Assembly (NCBI GenBank): GCA_001784175.1
Contig: MFPR01000001.1
Coordinates: 62,001 to 126,000 of the forward strand
Direction: 5' to 3'
DNA from: Candidatus Lindowbacteria bacterium RIFCSPLOWO2_12_FULL_62_27
Lineage (GTDB): Bacteria > Lindowbacteria > 2-12-FULL-62-27
Length of the DNA stretch: 64,000 nt
Below the pieces are notes generated by a model, which was not told where the DNA came from, made no database searches, and saw only the letters and a program-made list of their open reading frames with translations. A program made the position numbers and the translations under genes. Position 1 is the first letter of the stretch; every line of letters starts with the position of its first letter. Shown one piece after another: positions 57,549 to 64,000 of this stretch.

Positions 57549-60500
57549 ATGGTTCGATCGTTCTTTTCAGGCGTGTCGGGTCTCCAGGCTCATCTGGAGC
57601 GGATGGACGTCATTGGCGACAACCTCGCCAATACCAACACCATCGGCTTCAAAAAGAGCAACATGACCTTCAAGGACTTTCTGTCCCAGACCCTGTTCAT
57701 TTCGCAGGCCCCCACCGCCACGCTCGGCGGCGTCAATCCCAAACAAATTGGCCTGGGCGTCAAGGTCGGCGCCATCACCGTCGATTTCTCCCAGGGACAG
57801 CTTCAGCGCACGGGGAGAACCACCGACGTCGCCGTCGAAGGCACGGGGTTTTTCGTCATGAAGGGCCAGGGCGGCGTGTCCGACCTCCACTACACGCGGG
57901 CGGGCGCGTTTGATTTCGACAGCGGCGGCAATCTGGTCGATCCCGGGACCGGGAATTTTGTCCAGGGCTGGAATGCGGCGGTCGACGCCACCACCGGCCA
58001 GCTCGTCATCAGCCCCAACGTCAATCCCATCGAAAACGTCAAGGTCAAAATCGGCCAGACCGCCGCCGCCAAGGCCAGCGCCTCCGTTACCTTCAACGGC
58101 AACCTCGACGCCACCAACGCGATCGCCATCGACCCCATCGAACTGTCGTACGTCCAGAACGGAGTGACGCGGTCTTTCCAGATGTCCTTCCGGCACACGC
58201 ATCCTACCAAGCGAACCTATTTTTATTCGGCCGAGTGGCTGACCAATCCGCCGGCGGGCTTCGAGGTCGGCGATACCGTCATCGACTCCAACACAGGCAA
58301 GGCGGTCGCCGGCATCCTCGAACTTAATTCCGACGGCACCGTCAAACAGAATTTCATCAACACCGACGACAGCGAGATCGCCAATGTCACCCGCACCTCG
58401 TACCTCGATGATCTGAAAACCGGCAGCACCGTCAAGCTCAACGCCATTCGCACCGTTGAGCACGGCACCACCGACCCCGACACTTCCCTCAACAGCATCT
58501 TCCCGGGCGACATGGCCGGCTACTGGCGGGTCACGTTCAACAATGCCAACAACCTGAACCGCTACAAGCTTGAATTCTCCCAGGATTTCGATCCCGGCAC
58601 GTCCTCCACCGCCACTTGGAACACCATCGCCGCCAGCGCCGACCGCAGCTCCGATTTCCAGATCAAGGACGACACCAAGCAGAGTTTCGCCGGACAGCTC
58701 GTCATCCGGTCGACCGACTGGGCCGGGACGGCGGTCACCGGCGACACACTCTATTTCCGGACCAAGCGCGGCAACGGCAATTTGATATTTGATTTCCCGA
58801 TGGAACAGCCCAAGACCACCGAAGACGACTGGCCGTCTCTTCGGCCCTCCGATCCGCTCAACAAAAATTCCAGCGGCGCGGGAACGCTCAGCAACGTCTA
58901 CGTCAATCAGGTCCGCGACGTCGACGGCCCCTCCGTCGCCGGCGGAACCGCCGACAGCGCGACCTCCAGGCCCAATCTTTCCCAGGGCCTTTCTCAGACC
59001 GTCTGGCGCGCCGTCTTCGGCAGCAGCACCTCCGACGCGGAATTCGCGCTCTTCTATTCAAAATCTTTCCCGTCCGGACTCAACAGCATCAGCAAGGTCA
59101 CATGGCTGGACGAAACCAGCACCCGGTACTTCACGACCGACACCGACTCCATCGCGAGTTTCTACACAGCCCTGAGAACCGCCACGGTGCGCGTCGTCTC
59201 CTCTGGCGCCTCCACGGGAACCGCGGGCGGATATGCCAACAAAGTCATCACGCGCAAAACCTCCTGGGACAGCATCAGCGGCAAGCTGGACGCCAACAAC
59301 GACGGCGATTTCGTGGACGCGGCCGCGGGAGATGTCAACACCGCCAACACCGGCGAACTCTTCATCCAGTCCGAAAACTGGAACTCCACCAAGGGCGGCG
59401 ACCTGAATTCCTCCACCAGCGGATACGACGGCGACATCTACGAATGGAAAACGTCCTACTCCCGGTCGTCGACCCTGAACCGCGACTTCTTCACGGTTGA
59501 GGAAACCAGCACGCGCCTCGCGGCCAGCCCCACGTTTCCACAGAGCACCACGAGCGGATCCAACACCCTCACCCTCTCGACGGTGACCGTCGAAGGCACC
59601 GCGCCGGTCGACAGTTGGACCATCACCTTCAACACCGGGACCACCTTCACCATCAAGGGCTCCGCATTCGGCACGCTCGGCAACGGCAACACCGGGGCGA
59701 CCTTCAGCTCCAACGGCATCAAAATCGATCCGAGCTTCTGGGCCGGCACCGGGTTCGCCGGCGCCTCCTTTACCTTCAACACGGCCGCCACCAAAATCCT
59801 CAGCGACTTCGTCATCCCCAGCGGCAACTCCGGCAGCGAGGCGCTCACCTTCGCGCCCAACACCAACGACACGACCTTCAACGAGGTCTCCTCCGGCCAG
59901 CCGGTCAAGGCCAAGCTGAAAACGGCGAATGAATTCCAGTTCGCCGCCAGCGCCAACGTCTTCGACTCCCTCGGCACGCCGCACGTCCTCAAAACCGTCT
60001 TCGAACGCGTCGATCAGAACACCTGGCTCTGGTCCGTCGACGACCCGACGCCCAACAACAAAAACAACGTGGGCCTCGCGGGATTCGGCAAGCTCGTCTT
60101 CGACAAGGACGGCAAGTTCGACGCATCCAATTCGGAAATTTTCGAGTCCGAAGTCGGACAGCAGATGAAGGACACCAACCGGCCCTCCAGCCTGCTCCAG
60201 ATCATCTTTGACCCCGCCGACGACGGCGGCGCGCCGCCGCCCGCCGAAGGCGCCGCGCGCGTCGATATCGCACCCGATTTCACCTCCGTCGTTCAATTCG
60301 CAGCGCCCAACGACAGCCAGATCTCCGGGCAGGACGGGTTCGGCAAGGGCACCCTCAAGGAACTCAACGTCAACCTGGCCGGCATCATCGTCGGTCTCTT
60401 TGACAACGGCCAGGCCCAGGACCTCGCGCAGGTCGCCCTTGCGCAATTCGTCAACCCGGCGGGACTTTTGAAGGAAGGCAACAGCTATTACCGCACCACC

Positions 60501-60704
60501 GGCAACTCCGGCACGGCCATCGTCGGCGTCGCCCAGCGGGCCGGCCGAGGCAACGTCATCGGCGGCGCCCTCGAAGGCTCCAATGTCGACTTGACCGTCG
60601 AGTTCACCGAAATGATCATCACCCAGCGCGGATTTCAGGCCAGCTCCCGAACCATCCGGACCGCCGACCAGATGATTCAGGAAGTGCTGGCGCTGAAGCA
60701 GTGA
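57549..60704 (+). CDS. flgE: Flagellar hook protein FlgE (unusually long, 1051 aa)
   Basis: IGDNLANTNTIGFK, YTRAGAF, FDSLG, LEGSNVDL, QRGFQA. Confidence 0.92.
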   Translation: MVRSFFSGVSGLQAHLERMDVIGDNLANTNTIGFKKSNMTFKDFLSQTLFISQAPTATLGGVNPKQIGLGVKVGAITVDFSQGQLQRTGRTTDVAVEGTGFFVMKGQGGVSDLHYTRAGAFDFDSGGNLVDPGTGNFVQGWNAAVDATTGQLVISPNVNPIENVKVKIGQTAAAKASASVTFNGNLDATNAIAIDPIELSYVQNGVTRSFQMSFRHTHPTKRTYFYSAEWLTNPPAGFEVGDTVIDSNTGKAVAGILELNSDGTVKQNFINTDDSEIANVTRTSYLDDLKTGSTVKLNAIRTVEHGTTDPDTSLNSIFPGDMAGYWRVTFNNANNLNRYKLEFSQDFDPGTSSTATWNTIAASADRSSDFQIKDDTKQSFAGQLVIRSTDWAGTAVTGDTLYFRTKRGNGNLIFDFPMEQPKTTEDDWPSLRPSDPLNKNSSGAGTLSNVYVNQVRDVDGPSVAGGTADSATSRPNLSQGLSQTVWRAVFGSSTSDAEFALFYSKSFPSGLNSISKVTWLDETSTRYFTTDTDSIASFYTALRTATVRVVSSGASTGTAGGYANKVITRKTSWDSISGKLDANNDGDFVDAAAGDVNTANTGELFIQSENWNSTKGGDLNSSTSGYDGDIYEWKTSYSRSSTLNRDFFTVEETSTRLAASPTFPQSTTSGSNTLTLSTVTVEGTAPVDSWTITFNTGTTFTIKGSAFGTLGNGNTGATFSSNGIKIDPSFWAGTGFAGASFTFNTAATKILSDFVIPSGNSGSEALTFAPNTNDTTFNEVSSGQPVKAKLKTANEFQFAASANVFDSLGTPHVLKTVFERVDQNTWLWSVDDPTPNNKNNVGLAGFGKLVFDKDGKFDASNSEIFESEVGQQMKDTNRPSSLLQIIFDPADDGGAPPPAEGAARVDIAPDFTSVVQFAAPNDSQISGQDGFGKGTLKELNVNLAGIIVGLFDNGQAQDLAQVALAQFVNPAGLLKEGNSYYRTTGNSGTAIVGVAQRAGRGNVIGGALEGSNVDLTVEFTEMIITQRGFQASSRTIRTADQMIQEVLALKQ

Positions 60705-60898
60705 TCGAGGTGATGCGATTGAACGGCGAAAAATTCTTCGTGAATCCGCACCAGATCGAGTTCATCGAGAAGACGCCGGATACCATCATCAGTCTTGCGT
60801 CCGGGCGGAAGATCGTCGTCAAGGATACGGTCGAAACCGTCATGGACCGCATTCTGCGCTATCGCCGGCAACTCGGGTCCATCGCCCAGGAGCTTTGA
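60701..60898 (+). CDS. flbD: Flagellar protein FlbD
   Basis: MIEVMRLNG...NPHQIEFIE.TPDT. Confidence 0.92.
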   Translation: MIEVMRLNGEKFFVNPHQIEFIEKTPDTIISLASGRKIVVKDTVETVMDRILRYRRQLGSIAQEL

Positions 60899-60923
60899 CA
60901 CCCCGGCCCATGCGCGATAGAAT
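60895..60923 (+). promoter_or_regulatory. Internal sigma70 promoter upstream of fliL
   Basis: TTGACA-N17-TAGAAT. Confidence 0.7.
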
Positions 60924-60952
60924 GTCCTTAACGCTGAAGGAGTGATCGAAAA

Positions 60953-61546
60953 ATGGCTGAAGAGAAAGGGAAGAAAGAGGAGAAGAAGGACGACAAGGGG
61001 AAAGGAGCGCCGCCGGCGGAGGGCGCCGAGGGGGAAGAAGGCGAGAAGAAGAAAAAACCGATGGTCTTCAAGATCATCATCATTTCTTCGATCGCGCTCG
61101 TCCTTCTCGCCATCGTCGTCTTCGTGTCCTGGAAAGTCGCGCAGATGACCCAGGACCCCTATTCCGGCGGCAAACCCGAAAAGAAGGACGAGGAGCGCAA
61201 ATCGACGCTCAAGGCCCTCAAGCCCTTCCGGCTGGGCAGCAAGGAGATGCCGGACTTCAAGATGGTCGTCACCGACCGCGGGGAGCAGCACAATCTGAAG
61301 TGCGTCATCTGGCTGGGATACTCCAAGGACTATGACAAAAAGGGCCAGGACTTCTTCAACGAGCTGACCGACCGGATCCCGATGCTGCGGGAGATCGTCT
61401 ATCGCGTCATCGGCAGCAAGGACCTGGAGGCGCTGCAGATCAAAAACCTCGACCATGTCGAGGAGGAACTCCTCTCGCGCATGAACGAGGTCCTCGAAAA
61501 CGGCTCCATCGTCGACATCATGTTCGAGGAGTACATCATCCAGTAA
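60953..61546 (+). CDS. fliL: Flagellar basal body protein FliL
   Basis: Charged N-terminus, single TM, C-terminal N.VL..G.I.D.MF.EYIIQ; precedes fliM. Confidence 0.85.
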   Translation: MAEEKGKKEEKKDDKGKGAPPAEGAEGEEGEKKKKPMVFKIIIISSIALVLLAIVVFVSWKVAQMTQDPYSGGKPEKKDEERKSTLKALKPFRLGSKEMPDFKMVVTDRGEQHNLKCVIWLGYSKDYDKKGQDFFNELTDRIPMLREIVYRVIGSKDLEALQIKNLDHVEEELLSRMNEVLENGSIVDIMFEEYIIQ

Positions 61547-62715
61547 TGGCTGAAGTACTGTCGCAGGACGAGATCGACCAGCTTCTGGCCGCGATCTCCG
61601 CGCCGGCCGAGGCCGCGCCCGCCGGCGCCGCGGCCGCCGCGCCCGCCGCACCTGCCGCCGCGACGCTCGTCGAGCCCGCCCTCGGCGGATTCGCGCCCGC
61701 GCCATCCCTCGCGCCGTCGCGGGCGGAGCACGCCCCCTCGCAGATCACCGGCGTGCCCGGCGAACCCAGAATCTATTCGCAGCAGAAGCGCAAGAAACCC
61801 AAAATCAAGCCGTACGATTTCAAGCGGCCGGACAAGTTTTCCAAGGACCAGATCCGGACCCTCCAGATGATCCACGAGACCTTCGCGCGTTTCGTCACCA
61901 CCTCCCTCTCCGCACAGCTTCGCGCGCTCGTCCACGTCCACGTCGCCAGCGTCGACCAGCTCACCTACGAGGAGTTCGTGAAATCCCTTCCGAATCCCTC
62001 GACCCTCGCCATCGTCGAGATGCAGCCGCTCGAAGGATCGAGCGTGTTCGAGATCGACCCCAGCATCGTCTTTACCATCATCGACCGCATCCTCGGCGGC
62101 AAGGGCTATTCGACAAACCTGTCCCGGGAGCTGACCGACATCGAGATTTCGGTGATGGAGCGGATCGTCCAAAAAATACTCGCGTCCCTGCGCGAATCCT
62201 GGGCCAACGTCGTCGATCTGAAACCCAAGCTCGACAAGATCGAGGCCAATCCCCAGTTCGTCCAGATCGTGCCGCCCAACGACATGGTCGTGCTCGTGAC
62301 CCTGGAAACCAAGGTCTCCGAGGTCGAGGGCATGATCAACCTCTGCATCCCCTACATCGTTCTGGAGCCGATCGTCAACAAGCTCTCGGCCCAGTTCTGG
62401 TATTCGTCCATCCGCAAGCGCTCGACCGAGGAGCAGATCGAAAACCTCAAGCAGCGCATCGGTGAAATCTATGTGCCGCTCAAGGTCGAAATCGGCAAGA
62501 CGCGCCTCACGGTCGGCGATATTCTCCGGCTCCAGCGCGGCGACGTCGTCAAGCTGGACCTGCACGCGGACGAGCAGTTCATGCTGAAGGTCCGCGACAA
62601 TCCGAAATTCTTCTGCATCCCGGGGGTCCACAAAATGAAGCTGGCGGCGAAGATCACCAAGGCGGTCGGGGAGATGGACAAGATTCGGGAGCGCGGGGAA
62701 CAAGCGGATCAATGA
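61546..62715 (+). CDS. fliM: Flagellar motor switch protein FliM
   Basis: LSQDEIDQLL, YDFKRPDKFSK, GGKG, SpoA-like C-terminus. Confidence 0.96.
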   Translation: MAEVLSQDEIDQLLAAISAPAEAAPAGAAAAAPAAPAAATLVEPALGGFAPAPSLAPSRAEHAPSQITGVPGEPRIYSQQKRKKPKIKPYDFKRPDKFSKDQIRTLQMIHETFARFVTTSLSAQLRALVHVHVASVDQLTYEEFVKSLPNPSTLAIVEMQPLEGSSVFEIDPSIVFTIIDRILGGKGYSTNLSRELTDIEISVMERIVQKILASLRESWANVVDLKPKLDKIEANPQFVQIVPPNDMVVLVTLETKVSEVEGMINLCIPYIVLEPIVNKLSAQFWYSSIRKRSTEEQIENLKQRIGEIYVPLKVEIGKTRLTVGDILRLQRGDVVKLDLHADEQFMLKVRDNPKFFCIPGVHKMKLAAKITKAVGEMDKIRERGEQADQ

Positions 62716-62733
62716 CACTTAGAAGGAGGAACC

Positions 62734-63741
62734 ATGGGAGAAGATCTCTTATCACAGGGTGACATCGACGCCCTTCTCCAAGGGCTGGAGGCCAGCGCGC
62801 CCCCCGCGGCAGCCGCGCCGCCTCCGCCGCCGGCCGCGGCCGCGCCCGCGCCCGGACCGGCCGCGCCTCCGCCCGGCGCAGCGGCCCACGTGCTTCGCGC
62901 CGCCGCCGCCATCGCTGATACCGCCACCGCGGATCTTGGCCGGAAAGTCGAACTCAGCCAGGTCGCGGTATCGTCCCGGCCGGGTTCCACGGCCACGGCC
63001 GCGGTCAAGGTCCCGGCCGTCATTTTTTACGGCGGGTCGCCCGGCGGCGGGTTTCTCCTGGCGATCCCGAAGGACATGGGCGGGCGGATCAGCGACATCA
63101 AGATGGGCGGAGACGGATCGAAACCGCCGGAAACTTTCAGTGACCTTTATATATCGGCCGTTACAGAATTCGCCAATTTGATTACCGGCAGTTTCTTCAC
63201 CGCCCTTGGGACCGGAGGGGTCACCAACCCGCAGACGCTTATCGCCGAAACAGCGGCCGACCTGGCCAATCTTCCGCTGGCGCGGCTTCCGGGCTGTTCG
63301 GTCATCACCGGCACAGCCTCAATTCAGAATCTGATGGAGGGAGAATGGATCATGATCATGGGTGAGCAACCCGCGGCGCCCGCTCACGCGGCGCAGCCCG
63401 CTCCCGTTTCGCCGGCCGAGACGCGGCCCGTGCAAAAGGTGGAATTCGGATCCTTTGAAACGGCGCCCGCGCCTGAGATGCCGGCCAATCTGAATCTGCT
63501 CCTCGATGTTCCGATGAACATCACCGTGGAGCTTGGCCGAACCAAAATGACGGTGCATGACGTCTTGAACCTCGGCTCCGGATCGATCGTCGAACTCGAC
63601 AAACTCGCCGGCGAGCCCGTTGATTTCATGGTCAACGGCAAACTCATCGCCAAGGGCGAAGTCGTGGTCATCGACGAGAATTTCGGCCTCCGCATCACGG
63701 ACATCGTTTCGCCCATGGAGCGATTCCGGGGCGTCATTTAG
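62734..63741 (+). CDS. fliY: Flagellar motor switch protein FliY/FliN
   Basis: [10 protein letters not shown], degenerate CheC-like middle with EFAN, C-terminal FliN domain VELGRT...[11 protein letters not shown]. Confidence 0.8.
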   Translation: MGEDLLSQGDIDALLQGLEASAPPAAAAPPPPPAAAAPAPGPAAPPPGAAAHVLRAAAAIADTATADLGRKVELSQVAVSSRPGSTATAAVKVPAVIFYGGSPGGGFLLAIPKDMGGRISDIKMGGDGSKPPETFSDLYISAVTEFANLITGSFFTALGTGGVTNPQTLIAETAADLANLPLARLPGCSVITGTASIQNLMEGEWIMIMGEQPAAPAHAAQPAPVSPAETRPVQKVEFGSFETAPAPEMPANLNLLLDVPMNITVELGRTKMTVHDVLNLGSGSIVELDKLAGEPVDFMVNGKLIAKGEVVVIDENFGLRITDIVSPMERFRGVI

Positions 63742-63772
63742 ACCGGAACGGCGCGAGGGGGGAGCAAGGCCG

Positions 63773-64000
63773 CTGAGCGCCTTTCTGGTCACCGATACGC
63801 CCCGGGCGGTGGGTCCCCACCACCGGGTCGTGGTCTGGTTTGGCCGCGACCACGGCCCGCTGCCGGGCAAAGTGGTCATCCACGCCTCCAGCCCTGCCGA
63901 GTTCCTCCATGTCGCCGTCGAGCACGTCCAGCCGGGACTGCTCGAAAATTTCGAATGCGTCCTCGCAGGCGACCGCGCCCGCGTCCAGGCCCTCGCGACC
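63773..64000 (+). CDS. Partial hypothetical protein running off the window end
   Basis: Open frame with GC-rich third positions (LSAFLVTDTPR...), GGAG 8 nt before a CTG; no ATG/GTG/TTG near the apparent 5' end. Confidence 0.4.
   Translation, partial: MSAFLVTDTPRAVGPHHRVVVWFGRDHGPLPGKVVIHASSPAEFLHVAVEHVQPGLLENFECVLAGDRARVQALAT

Noticed and set aside
63734-63925. Minus-strand 63-aa ORF at the window end
   Set aside because: Codon pattern favours the plus-strand frame starting near 63773.
1-64000. CRISPR arrays, tRNA/rRNA genes, prophage or defence systems
   Set aside because: No regularly spaced repeats, RNA gene signatures, or phage/defence motifs were seen by eye.

Overview
High-GC (roughly 65% by eye) bacterial chromosomal window of about 55 CDS. 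I found no rRNA, tRNA or CRISPR array. In order it holds: recG-rsmD-coaD-pta; a stand-alone long flagellar hook-family paralog; a PP-loop enzyme plus SpsF/SpsG-like, ATP-grasp, rsmE and GT4 genes; Pit/DUF47 and NfeD/stomatin pairs; a histidine kinase with a REC-STAS regulator; beta-ureidopropionase-like and class III aminotransferase genes; a TPR lipoprotein followed by two tandem CHASE2 class III nucleotidyl cyclases; an orphan pduS-pduT pair with an NCS2 permease; GYF-PilZ; archaeal-type aroA'/aroB'; a RAYT transposase inside 26-bp inverted repeats; a frameshifted mosaic gene; a C45 hydrolase/ATP-grasp pair; a dehydrogenase-lyase-LeuCD-like cassette; and a flgB to fliY flagellar operon. The most striking observation is that the two cyclases have complementary catalytic lesions. 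One lost both metal-binding Asp residues but keeps Asn/Arg, and the other keeps both Asp but lost Asn/Arg. This predicts an obligate C1/C2-type heterodimeric adenylyl cyclase like the mammalian enzymes, with a second degenerate pocket that could be allosteric. All calls come from reading motifs by eye; no database searches were run.
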